This document shows, piece by piece, positions 50,873 to 61,439 of a stretch of DNA of 64,000 nucleotides (positions within the stretch are counted from its first letter, which is position 1; every line of letters starts with the position of its first letter). Source of the DNA: Myxococcota bacterium (GTDB taxonomy: Bacteria > Myxococcota_A > SURF-8 > G963663525); contig CAXXVK010000013.1 of NCBI GenBank assembly GCA_963676915.2, positions 46,584-110,583 of the forward strand, written 5' to 3'. The notes below the pieces were generated by a model. That model was not told the origin of the DNA and did no database searches. It was given only the letters and a program-made list of their open reading frames with translations. Made by a program: the position numbers and the translations under genes.

Positions 50873-53800
50873 GTGAAACCGTACCTTGCGGTTCTGCTTC
50901 TTTTCGTATTTGTTGCCTGTAGCGCGGGGGAGGGCAATGATTTCGATACGAACTCAAATCACGATACGGACCGGGATCAACCGGTTGGCGGAGACGTGGA
51001 TGGGTTTGAGGTGGAACTGGACAACGAAATCGACGACGCGGAATCGAGCGAAACGTTGGATACGGACACTGATCGTCCCGGTACGGACCCTTGTCTTTTA
51101 GCCGAAAGCCGTTTAGGTGAGAGTGTTTGCAGTACTGCACTTACCACTGAACTCGATTTCGATCTCCTATCGGTAACCGATGCCTCCAACGTAAGCATTT
51201 CCAACATCGCCAAATATTTCGTTCCCGCTTCTTCTGATGCGCCTTTGCCTACTTTGTTGATCAATGCTCAACGCTATCCGCTTCATTACGATTTCCTTAC
51301 AAATGTCTTTTCCGAATACTATGCCGGTCTTACTGCCGAGCAATACGAGACAATGGTGCTCGACAGCGACCATCGTGACTACTACGTGGGTGCGTTGCTT
51401 CGCTTTGTCGAACCTTGTGGAACGATCCGTTACGGGTTTACGGTAGAGCAGGATCTCGAAAATTTCGATCCTCTAAGCATGGAACAGCTTGTTTTCATTC
51501 ACGATCGTTTGGAAGCTGTTTTACCCTATACCGATCTTATGTTCTATCCTTCCAATTCGGAGGAGGAGCAGCTTGCATCCTCGTGGTTGCATAACGAATT
51601 GCCCGTGTACACTTGCGATGCCCCCGTTTCTTATGAAAGCTACGGTCGGGGGGAAACGTACGGTTATATTCGCCGTTTCACCACGCTTCAGCAATTCGAA
51701 GAAGCTGGGAACATGGGGTTGATCGGATGGCAGGATATCATCGTCTTGGATGGTGTGCCTTTCGACCTTCCGGGTGTCGTGGCCGGATGCATTACAGGTA
51801 CCCGACAAAATCAGCTCAGTCACCTGAACGTTCGAGCCAATGCCCTGCATTTACCCAACGCTTTCGTGCGTGATTCGCTCGAAGCCTTCGCTTCTCTCGA
51901 AGGAAGCCTGGTTCATCTTCAAATCACGGAATCGGGTTATACGATAAATACAGACGTAACGTACGATGATGCGTTGCGATTCTGGGAAGACCGCCGTCCC
52001 CAATTGGAAAATGTAGCTATCCCGGATGCTGGATACACGGAAATGCCGATGATATCCGAGCTTTCTACGGGCAAAAAAACGGAGCGCGAACAGGCGTTGT
52101 CACGTTTTGGTGGAAAAGGGACGAATCTGGCGGTTCTGTATTCGATTCTCGGTTCCAAGCACTCGGTGGACGGTTTTCTGATTCCATTCTCCTACTATTT
52201 CCATTTCATGGAATCGAATACATTTACCACGATAGTGGATGGAAACAGACAGACGATCAGTTTTGCGGATTTCGTTCGTGCCATGACCCAGGACGATCGT
52301 TTTTTGACCGATCCTGTGTACCGAAGGCAAAAACTGAACGATCTTGTGTACGCCATGCGATATGAATCAAGCGTTCCTTCGGGACTGATTCTGAGTATCG
52401 CTGCCAAAACGCAAGAAGTTTTCGGCAATGAAAACCGTATGTTGCGCTTCCGGTCGTCTTCCAACCTGGAAGATTCCATCGAGTTTGGCGGGGCAGGGCT
52501 TTACGAAAGCACTTCCGGTTGTGTAGGGGATTCCTTTGGGGGAAATCCCAACCGTTCCGCTTGTGATGACCTACGCACCAGCCAGCAAAACCGTACAAGA
52601 TGCACTTCGTACCGTCTGGTCCGCCTTTTGGACGCCAAAAGCTTTTGACGAGCGCTTTTACTACCAGTATTTCGACCCGGATCTAACGGCGATGGCTGTG
52701 GCTGTCAGTCCGGCGTTTCTAAATGAAAACGCAAACGGTGTGGCTTTTACCCGGGCTTCCAACCACTTATGGAAGCCAGGATATGTTGGTCAACACTCAA
52801 TTGGGCGATGTAAGTGTGGTGCGGCCACCGTCGGGTGTGCTTGCCGAAACGGTTTTGCTGCGTGTTCAGGAAGACGAATCCGTTGAGGTGACGCCGGTTT
52901 CGGGTTCATCATTGGTTGGGGATGGGGAGAGAGTCCTTTCCGATTCACTGTATCGTCAAATGGGATCTTTGTTGGATCAGGTTCGGCAAAACTATCCTTA
53001 CGATTACCAGGACTATGACCCCGAGGCGGTGATTCTCGATTTGGAGTTTAAAATCGAGAACGGTGTTTTGTTTTTCAAGCAAGTACGCCCGAATCTGAGG
53101 CTTTCCGGGGGAAACGGATCCAGAGGAACTGGTAATCGAAGTTCCAGATGACGCAGCACTTTGCGGGCAGTTCGTGGAATTCCGGGAAATTCTCACCGAG
53201 ATGAAATTGAAGACGAAGATCGAGCTAGTCAAAGGCGAAATTTCACTTCCATTGGAAGGCGAAATGGAATCCATCGATTGGGATCGATTCCGTCGTGTTT
53301 GGGGAAAATCGCCAACATTTGGCGGCGTTGTCCTCTCCGAAATGGGAACGAACTCAAACCGATGGAAACAACGGCACCACAGTGATTCGTTTCGAATTTC
53401 ATCAGGAATTCGAAGGTGATGGACTGACAGCCGAAATTGGTTGGTTCGTACAGACTACCCGAAGCATGGGAAGTATCCAGCCGGAAACTCTACGATTGGA
53501 TGAATCCGTTCTTTCTTCATCTTCCAACAACTGGACCATGACGATCCTCAACGAGGATAAATCGAAGTATACGGTAGCGCTTTCTTCCTGTAGCTACGAA
53601 ACACTTCCCCTCTGGCGGCGGGATATCGAGTTGCCTGGGGGCGACAACCTTGTTTTCGATGTTCGTTTCTCTGAAAGCGTTTTCGGGACGGGTCGTGCCG
53701 CGTTGACACGTGCCTCCTGGAAACATGATGGGGCAGACATCGTGAGCGACGATTACTTCGGTCTCGTATATGCTGCCGATCATCACAACTGGTTCGAACA

Positions 53801-53978
53801 GTTTTTATTCCTGCTGGAAGAACCCGTGGGTGAAATCTACGCCGTGATGGTCGAAGAAGGATTTCCCAGAGATACAGCGCAAGCAACCGTGCATTGGCTG
53901 GGAGCATCCTTCGAAATTCTCGAATCCACCTTGCCTGAAACCTACACCATCACTGAAACATCACCGGAAAGTTTGTAA
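50873..53978 (+). pseudogene. PEP/pyruvate-binding (PPDK-N ATP-grasp) lipoprotein with four 1-bp insertions; may be intact in vivo
   Basis: Lipobox FVAC; LSHLNVRA, FGGKGTNL, RFRSSSNLED..GAGLYES, ANGVAFT, LDLEFK, KQVRP. Frame changes at ~52582, 52751, 53109, 53281; removing 4 nt gives 1033 aa. Confidence 0.85.
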
Positions 53979-54715
53979 TGTCCGATTCGTTGAGGAAATT
54001 CGGGAAGTTATTTCTTATTGTTGCATTGTTTCTCGTTTTTCCTGTATGGACAACTTCCTGCAGCCAAGAGGACTGCGATTGCTCTTGCGATGACGGCGAT
54101 ACCGACGAAAGCGAAGCAACCGACGAGGAATCGGATGAGATAGATGTTTGGGAAGAGTCGGATTCAACGTCGGAAGAAAACCCGGATGAAAGCACGTTTC
54201 AGTGGCAGGCCGGGATGTTTGTTTTTACCGAAATCATGTTCGATCCGGCATCGATCAGCGATAGCGACGGTGAATGGGTTGAAGTGCTCAATGCTTCGGA
54301 GCAATCGCTTTCTTTCGATGGTTGTAGCTTTTCCGATGGTAACGAAAGCCACGAAACGGAAATCACGTACGATGGGGTGATTGAACCCGGCGAGCGTCTG
54401 ATTTTCGGGATCGACAGGAAAACGACCTATTTGCAGGACGTAGACCCTGACTGGCATTGGGGAGATTTCAATCTAGGCAATGAAGACGACGGCGTGCGTC
54501 TTGTCTGCGACGGTCTCTTGATTGACGAGGTTTATTACAGTCTGGACGGATTTCCGTTTACGCTTACCGAAGGCAGCAGTTTTTCCCTTTGCGCCGAATA
54601 CGAAAATAGCGAGGACAACGACGATCTCCGTCATTGGTATGCCTCTGAAAAACAAATGGACAATCTGGATTACGGTTCCCCACGCGAAGCCGGAAAAAGC
54701 TGTGAGACTGAGTAA
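53978..54715 (+). CDS. Lamin-tail-domain lipoprotein
   Basis: TAATG coupling; lipobox TTSC; FTEIMFDP, GEWVEVLN, LGNEDD, GSP. Confidence 0.88.
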   Translation: MSDSLRKFGKLFLIVALFLVFPVWTTSCSQEDCDCSCDDGDTDESEATDEESDEIDVWEESDSTSEENPDESTFQWQAGMFVFTEIMFDPASISDSDGEWVEVLNASEQSLSFDGCSFSDGNESHETEITYDGVIEPGERLIFGIDRKTTYLQDVDPDWHWGDFNLGNEDDGVRLVCDGLLIDEVYYSLDGFPFTLTEGSSFSLCAEYENSEDNDDLRHWYASEKQMDNLDYGSPREAGKSCETE

Positions 54716-54881
54716 AAGTTGAAAAAAAGAACGATCTCATCTCATAAAAGCTTACGAATATTTCCCCCAAAAATTGTATTTATAGCAGCCTATCCTGTCC
54801 GATGGACGGGGATACAATCCTGCTCCATCTGTAAGTGAGAAGTCTAGAGGTTGAGATTCCTAGGTAATACCTGTCATATGG

Positions 54882-57800
54882 TCAGGTGTTGGAAACACTC
54901 CAGTTTAGGAACATCATCCGGGGGAAGGGCACCAGCTTCCAGGCATCGATGACCTGACCTTCCTTGCGGATTTCCAGCCGGTCGGGACAGATCACCAGTT
55001 CATCGCCCTTTTTCAGGCGCTGAACGCCATCGAGATAAAACAGACGAGCGGTTTTACCGGGCTTTGTTCCATCCAATCGTGGCCAGTTTCGGAAGGAATA
55101 ACTGGAAAACACGCTTTGGTATCGGATGCGATCCGGCAGAGCTTCACCATCGAATACCACAAAGCGAAAACGGTCCCAATAGAGCATCGGAAGCTTGTGA
55201 TATTGCAAAGCTTTTGAAAAATCTGCCAAGATTTTTTTCAAAGATTCCAACCGTTTTTCGACCAACTCCATGGTTGCGGAACACCCACAATGGTGAGGAA
55301 TATGGGAGAGCGGCAATCCAGGCAAAAGGTGATTGCAACGTGCATCGTAGCGTCCATGAGAAGACAGCATGGATGGACTGAGCCTGTTGACATCATACCC
55401 TTGACGATCCCAGCGAATCGCGGCCTCGGTGCAGCAATCCGGGTGATCGAGAAGCGTTCCCCATTCGCGCAGGAGTTTTTCTTTTTGCGAAGGGTCTGGT
55501 TTTTGTGCCAAGCTTCGATCAAGTTCCCTAAGGCGACGAGCTATAGCCGTTTCCTTGGCTACGAATAGATTTTTCTTCAAACCATCGCAAAGATTGTTTT
55601 CTGATGATGATTCAAGTACTTGCAAACTTTCCGCTCGATAGCGTGCCGTAAGATTCGCTGCATTTTCCGGCTCGATATTCCGATGCACGAGGGCAGGAAG
55701 TTCCCCCGAACGAAGCAGAACCGTCCAAAAATCTTCTTCCGGCATAAAAAACGGAAGCGAGGCGATGGAATCGAAGTAGGCGTCATCGTCAAGCTTACCG
55801 AAAGTATCTTGTGCCGGGTTGCGAATGCTGTGCAACATCTTCATCGCCTCGGGGGCATTTTCGAAGGTCTTCGAACGCAGGTCGGTTTCGAAGTGTCGGT
55901 CCAAATCCTGCAACTGGTTGAATTCACGAACGATAGTTGCATGAACGGATTCCATCAACCGTTCACGCAATCGGCTGCTTTGAAGAGCGTCTTTTGCGGA
56001 AAACTCCGTCTGTTTGGATCTTTCCCGAAACCACTGCACGGCTTTTCGTGCCACGATTTCCCCAAGCGGCGCCGTGGCAGGCCAAAGTCGCTCGCGCCTT
56101 TTCGGTGTGATCCAAAGCAAAGTACGGCGTCCTGTGTCGGAGCTTTCCAGGCATAAGCGTCCATGGGGCATCTTCGCCTCGATGCGATCCGGCTGGTGAA
56201 AATCTTCTTTCTGGCCGTAGCGCAACTCTATAGTGAGTTCTCCTTGCTTTAAAACGGCTCGAAAACGCTTGTGGCGCAGATCTCCTCGGCTGGAAGATAC
56301 GTCAAGAATTTCGGGATGTTTCACTCCAAGCAAAACCAATAGACGCAGATCGCTTTCCAATCGCCGTTCGACGGCGAAACTCTCGTGAATGCTGTAGGGA
56401 TCGACCGTTCCGTCTCGTTCTCCACCCGTTTTCGATCCTCTTGTAATGAGAATTCGTCGCGGTTCACCGAGTCGTTTCTTACGTACTTCCGCCAACCATC
56501 GCATCAGTTCGGGAGTGTTCCACTCGGGATCGACCCATGTCCAACCTGCGTCTCGGTTGTTTATTCGGGCATCGAGACGTTCCCATTTCCATGAAGATAA
56601 AAACGGGAAACCGACCGAAACAATATCAGTCTGCGGGGTGAAACTCGACAAGACGCTTTCGATATCGTCGTTTGCGTCGTCCCAGAAATGGATGAGGTTG
56701 TGTCGAAATATGAACTTTTCGGTTCTTTGCGCATGTTGTGGCGTTTCGGCTTTTTCTGAAGCGCTTTTTCCCTGCCAAACGACATTCGGTTGCCGTTGTA
56801 GACCTTCGAGCAGCCCGATGTTATCGTCTCCCGATACCGTAAGAGACAGCGGGGGAAACAGTCGCGAAAATCCTTCTTTGTGGGCTGTTACACTGAAATG
56901 GCCGATGATCAGACGATCCAGCCCCATATGGAGAAAACTGCTCAACGCTTGAACCGGAGTTGCCACGATAGGCTCGTTGCGGTCGTTGAATGAGGTATTG
57001 AGCACCAACGGTACGTCGGTAGTTTGTTCGAAACGTTGAATCAACGCATGAAATAGCGGGTGTTGTTCACGGTCAACAGCCTGTGGACGGGCGGTATGAT
57101 CGACATGCGTGATTGCGGGAACGAGAGAGCGCTTGTCCTGCTTCACTTTTCGTGCAACGAGCATGAATGGGTTGCTTTGCCCCTCTTCAAACCATTCTTC
57201 AGCTCGTTCGGCCAAAACAGACGGGGCCAGCGGTCGCCAGATCTCACGTCCTTTTTTACGATTGACCCTTTCCCACGTTTCTTTTCGGCGCGGATCGGCC
57301 AGAATGGAGCGATTTCCCAAAGCCCGTGGTCCCCATTCCATTCGTCCCTGAAACCAGCCGATGATTTCGCCGGATGAAAGAGCCTCTGCCGCACGAAACG
57401 CAGGATCATCCACCCGTTCGTATCGTACCAACCCTCGATCGGCAGCGGTCTGAAGCACGGCGAGGATGGCGTCGTCATGATATTCCGGCCCCAGTGCGCT
57501 TGAAAGAAACGGTTCTTGGGTGTCGGAAGTATCAGCCCATGCATACCAAGCCATACCCAAAGCCGTCCCCGGATCGATGGCGTTGGGTTGGACGAACAGA
57601 CTCTTCACGAAATCCAACCCGGCAATTTTTCCGTTGAGCGAACAGTTGAGAAACACGCCGCCCGCCAGACAGAATTTTTCGATTCCGGTCTGTTCCCATG
57701 CAGAACGCACCAAGGACGTAATGCTTTGCTCGAAAGCATATTGCAATGTGGCGGCAAGGTCTTTGTGCTCCTGCAGGATCTCGTCGCCGGGATGCCGTCG

Positions 57801-58466
57801 AATCTCACGCAGGGGATGAGACTTGTTTTCCAGATACTTCGAACCGAACGTGTTTTCGTCCCGAATATCCAAAAGCTCTCGCCAGTCGTCGCGAATTGTC
57901 CCGTAGGGAGCCAATCCCATGACTTTCCCCTGGCCGAATTCGCCGAAACCGAGTTGTTCGGTGACGTTCTCGTACACTCCTCCGATGCGTAGCTTTTTCT
58001 GTGGAATCGACCACAGCCTTTTCAATTCCGTTCCGTTACCGACGAACAAGACGGCAGAATCCTCGTCTCCCATGGCATCGGCGGTCAGTACGCAAGCTTC
58101 GTCGAAACCCGATCCATAATAAGCACTTGCAGCATGGGCCAGGTGGTGTGTGCCGTGGCGTTCGGCTTCCCGGTCACGAACTCTTCGCGGTCGTGGCTCG
58201 GGAGGCGCAGGACGGTATGACTCTCCCATGCGCTCGTAGACTTCCCGCCGGGTCAGTTGCCCCACGATGCGGTGTACGTCGTCCAGAGAAATGCCTGCAA
58301 CTTCCAGGCAATAGGCAATTGAACGCCTTGGAAAACCACCGAAATGCTTGACGCGGATCAATCGCTCTTCGTCCACAGCAGCCACAATGCGACCATCCGC
58401 CAGCAAGCACGCGGCGCTATCTTTGTCGAACAGATTGATTCCAAGAATGTAGGTCGTTTCGGTCAT
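54882..58466 (-). CDS. NodU/CmcH carbamoyltransferase fused to degenerate Gfo/Idh/MocA-like and DUF483-like domains
   Basis: EERLIRVKH, HHLAHAASA, KVMGLAPYG, GGVFLN, GPRALGNRS, NTSFN; C-terminal GTLLDHPDCC and SHIPHHCGC. Confidence 0.88.
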   Translation of the reverse strand: MTETTYILGINLFDKDSAACLLADGRIVAAVDEERLIRVKHFGGFPRRSIAYCLEVAGISLDDVHRIVGQLTRREVYERMGESYRPAPPEPRPRRVRDREAERHGTHHLAHAASAYYGSGFDEACVLTADAMGDEDSAVLFVGNGTELKRLWSIPQKKLRIGGVYENVTEQLGFGEFGQGKVMGLAPYGTIRDDWRELLDIRDENTFGSKYLENKSHPLREIRRHPGDEILQEHKDLAATLQYAFEQSITSLVRSAWEQTGIEKFCLAGGVFLNCSLNGKIAGLDFVKSLFVQPNAIDPGTALGMAWYAWADTSDTQEPFLSSALGPEYHDDAILAVLQTAADRGLVRYERVDDPAFRAAEALSSGEIIGWFQGRMEWGPRALGNRSILADPRRKETWERVNRKKGREIWRPLAPSVLAERAEEWFEEGQSNPFMLVARKVKQDKRSLVPAITHVDHTARPQAVDREQHPLFHALIQRFEQTTDVPLVLNTSFNDRNEPIVATPVQALSSFLHMGLDRLIIGHFSVTAHKEGFSRLFPPLSLTVSGDDNIGLLEGLQRQPNVVWQGKSASEKAETPQHAQRTEKFIFRHNLIHFWDDANDDIESVLSSFTPQTDIVSVGFPFLSSWKWERLDARINNRDAGWTWVDPEWNTPELMRWLAEVRKKRLGEPRRILITRGSKTGGERDGTVDPYSIHESFAVERRLESDLRLLVLLGVKHPEILDVSSSRGDLRHKRFRAVLKQGELTIELRYGQKEDFHQPDRIEAKMPHGRLCLESSDTGRRTLLWITPKRRERLWPATAPLGEIVARKAVQWFRERSKQTEFSAKDALQSSRLRERLMESVHATIVREFNQLQDLDRHFETDLRSKTFENAPEAMKMLHSIRNPAQDTFGKLDDDAYFDSIASLPFFMPEEDFWTVLLRSGELPALVHRNIEPENAANLTARYRAESLQVLESSSENNLCDGLKKNLFVAKETAIARRLRELDRSLAQKPDPSQKEKLLREWGTLLDHPDCCTEAAIRWDRQGYDVNRLSPSMLSSHGRYDARCNHLLPGLPLSHIPHHCGCSATMELVEKRLESLKKILADFSKALQYHKLPMLYWDRFRFVVFDGEALPDRIRYQSVFSSYSFRNWPRLDGTKPGKTARLFYLDGVQRLKKGDELVICPDRLEIRKEGQVIDAWKLVPFPRMMFLNWSVSNT

Positions 58467-58551
58467 GCGGGTTTCCGGCCAAATGTATGTACACTTATGT
58501 ATCGTTGTAACACGAAATTGCAGAAAACGAAGTGGTGTGTCGCTTTTCGTT

Positions 58552-59448
58552 TCATGGTAACGTGATTTCGTCGCAAGTAACGTGAAAAGAACCGTCCAAT
58601 TCCAGTGGTAGAATCAACGTTCGTATACCCATCTTTGTGGCTTCGGGACACAATGTTACCGATAATGTTTCGGCTTCGGAGGCTGTTTGAGCGTATTCCG
58701 CATTGAAAACCGCCTTTCCTGCGTTCAGAAACGGTTGCAACAATTCGCATTCGTCGTATTCGTGGCATTGCTCGTTTAAAGTGAAATCGAAATAGTCGAC
58801 GAGTTCCCCCGCTTGTTCGCCATCGTTTTTCAGTCCAACCGACAATCCCCGTTCATGGGTGGCGTTGGCCAGATGACGATTGAATGTCAGTTGTTGTTCG
58901 GCTGTCAGAGGAAAGCCGCTATCGTTGAGGTAAGCGTCCACGTTGTCCGGTTCCACTCCGCCACAGCCTTTGGTTTTGGCAAGATCAAGCCGTGCCAGTA
59001 GGATGTTCCAGACATTCGGGGAGCGGATGTCTAACCAGCGTTCACCTTCCCAACCATCCAGTTTATTTCCGAGGTCTGCCTTGTCGAATTGCGTAAAATC
59101 TTCTCGCCAGTTTTCCGCCGAACCTGCCGAAAAATAGCAAATTACGTGGACACCACTGTTTTGCAATTGCGAAATCGTAGCCTGAGAGCTGTCAAACAAG
59201 TCAATGTCATACCAATCCACGTTGTGGTCGAGATCGACTTCGCCTTGTAACTGCCAATACCATGTATCGGAGGAATGGACGGCGTGCCAATCACCTTCGG
59301 TTAGCGGTTCTACATTGATATCGAGGAAAAAAGCGTCTGAATCGATAGCGTTTTCCGAGCAATGAGGAAGCATCACGAGGATTCCCAGCAGTGCAAGTCC
59401 CTTCCAAATGGAACGTAGCTTAGGAAGTCTATTTGGAAATAGGCTCAA
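58552..59448 (-). CDS. GH114 endo-alpha-1,4-polygalactosaminidase-like exported protein
   Basis: WYWQL, ICYFSAGS.E.WRED, GVEPDNVD, GLKND, NEQC, NAEY. Confidence 0.92.
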   Translation of the reverse strand: MSLFPNRLPKLRSIWKGLALLGILVMLPHCSENAIDSDAFFLDINVEPLTEGDWHAVHSSDTWYWQLQGEVDLDHNVDWYDIDLFDSSQATISQLQNSGVHVICYFSAGSAENWREDFTQFDKADLGNKLDGWEGERWLDIRSPNVWNILLARLDLAKTKGCGGVEPDNVDAYLNDSGFPLTAEQQLTFNRHLANATHERGLSVGLKNDGEQAGELVDYFDFTLNEQCHEYDECELLQPFLNAGKAVFNAEYAQTASEAETLSVTLCPEATKMGIRTLILPLELDGSFHVTCDEITLP

Positions 59449-59576
59449 AATTTTCTCCTGTCGTAGAACGCGAGATACGATTGAAAGTCAGCTCTCAAAG
59501 CACAAAAACGTCTTGATAAATCGTCTACCTATGCGATAGTAGCGCGAGTGTGATTTTGAGAAAAGGATGTAATTGT

Positions 59577-61346
59577 ATGAAACGGATCTCATTTTTTCTA
59601 TTTTTTGTGGTTTTGGCCACGTTGTGGGGTTGTAGTGACGACAACGACACCATCGATTCTACCGGAGACAACGATTCTCCCGTTGGGGATGTCGAGGCAG
59701 CCTGTCAGGCAGAGGACGCCCAGTGTCTGGATGTCTACCGTATGGAAGCTTGTGTAGAAGGGCAGGTCGTTGTTACGAACTGCTTCGAAACCGATGGATA
59801 TTATTGCGAAAACGGGGCGTGTGTCCCACCGTGGAAATTCGGTTCTCCCGAATACGACACGACATGCGAAGACTCCAGCCACGACACGTCGGAAACGCTC
59901 AAAGAAAAAGCCGAGTACTTCGATACCATCATCACCCGCTTGCACGTTCATCCCGAGCACAAACTCGTATCCGGGATCTATCTGAACGATGGGGTGGATG
60001 AAACGACCGCCTCCCAATCGGATGTCCAGGAATGGGATACCGGTGAAAACGATGGCTTGTGGACGGATACCTACGTAGCATCCCAGGCGTTTCGTTATGC
60101 CGTTACCGGAGACGAAGAAGCCTTGGAAAATATTCGTACCACGTTTTTGGGTGGCACGGCGAAACAGCACGATATTACTGGTGTTCCAGGATTATATACC
60201 CGTGAATACCGTACCACGGGCCTTGAAGGTGTATCCAGTTGTCCCGAAAACCTCGATGCCTACTATCCCGATGAAGAAAAAGACGACAATAAGTGGGTCA
60301 AAATCGACGAGGGTTGCGTCTGGACCGTCGATCCGTCTTCGGACGAGTGGGTGAAATCGTCGCACTGCGGTTTGGATGACTTCAATGGCTACTGTTTCTT
60401 AGATAACGTATCGCAAGACGAATATGCCGGACATATGTTGGCGTTGGGAGCATTGTGGAAACTCGTCGATGACGAAACGATTCGCAATCGTGTCGCCGAA
60501 CTGGCCGGAGCCGTCGCCGATCACCTGATGAAAGACGGGAAGATGGAGTTCGTCGATTGGGACGGTCGTGTCACCGAACATGGTCGGATCTACGCCATGG
60601 CGCTCGACAATTTCCCGGGATTCAACGCTATGCTCGCTCTGAGTTGGTTTTCCATCGCGGCAGGCATTACCGAACGTGACGATATCGTGGAATGGTACAA
60701 CGATTGTCTGCTCCAGCGTTCGGGCGAAATGGCATGCATCAATCAGGATATGGAAACACCCAAACCCTACAGCGAGCATTTGGAGACGCACGGGCTGTAT
60801 GTCGGACAGGGCGCTTGCAAGACGAACTACAACAATGTTTCGATGTTTTTCATGGGCTTGATTCCGTATTTCATGTATGAACATCGACCGGTGCTTGTCG
60901 AGCCGTTCCAGCAATTGTTGGAAGAACAAATCATGCAGCAATATCCCGGTCCGGGTGAGCGCGACATCCTGGAGCAGTTGAATCCGGTGCTTGATTTCAG
61001 CTTTGCAGCGTTCAAGGATCTTCGGGCCGAGTCTTCGGGACCGGCGATGCAAGCCGTTCGGGACGGCGTATGCACCTTGCGACAGTTTCCTGCTAGCAAA
61101 CACAGAAATTCCAGCAATCTCGAAGAGTTGTACGAGCATGACTGCGTATCGCGTCTCGATGGCTCGAACGCGGCGGATGTTATTCCCATCTACGAGCGTT
61201 GCATGACCAGCACCTACATGTGGACGCGCAACCCCTACGAACGAAAGGTATGCACCGAAGATACTCGACGGCTTTCCCCTCCGATTGACTATCTGTTGGC
61301 CTATTGGATGGGACGGTATTTCGGATACATCGGAGAGGAAGAATAA
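59577..61346 (+). CDS. Lipoprotein of unknown function (probable alpha/alpha toroid)
   Basis: Lipobox LWGC, Cys-rich module, ENDGLWT..YVASQAFRYAVTGD, SQDEYAGH, YLLAYWMGRY. Confidence 0.85.
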   Translation: MKRISFFLFFVVLATLWGCSDDNDTIDSTGDNDSPVGDVEAACQAEDAQCLDVYRMEACVEGQVVVTNCFETDGYYCENGACVPPWKFGSPEYDTTCEDSSHDTSETLKEKAEYFDTIITRLHVHPEHKLVSGIYLNDGVDETTASQSDVQEWDTGENDGLWTDTYVASQAFRYAVTGDEEALENIRTTFLGGTAKQHDITGVPGLYTREYRTTGLEGVSSCPENLDAYYPDEEKDDNKWVKIDEGCVWTVDPSSDEWVKSSHCGLDDFNGYCFLDNVSQDEYAGHMLALGALWKLVDDETIRNRVAELAGAVADHLMKDGKMEFVDWDGRVTEHGRIYAMALDNFPGFNAMLALSWFSIAAGITERDDIVEWYNDCLLQRSGEMACINQDMETPKPYSEHLETHGLYVGQGACKTNYNNVSMFFMGLIPYFMYEHRPVLVEPFQQLLEEQIMQQYPGPGERDILEQLNPVLDFSFAAFKDLRAESSGPAMQAVRDGVCTLRQFPASKHRNSSNLEELYEHDCVSRLDGSNAADVIPIYERCMTSTYMWTRNPYERKVCTEDTRRLSPPIDYLLAYWMGRYFGYIGEEE

Positions 61347-61439
61347 AAAAAAGGCTCCTCCTGGAGTGAATGTCAGGATGTCTGACTGGAGGAGCCTGGG
61401 GAAGGTTCTTTAATTGTGACAGCTTCAGATAAGGACAAC

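Noticed and set aside
52560-53300. Programmed frameshifting in the PPDK-like gene
   Set aside because: Four shifts in about 700 bp with no slippery heptamers; sequencing error is more parsimonious.
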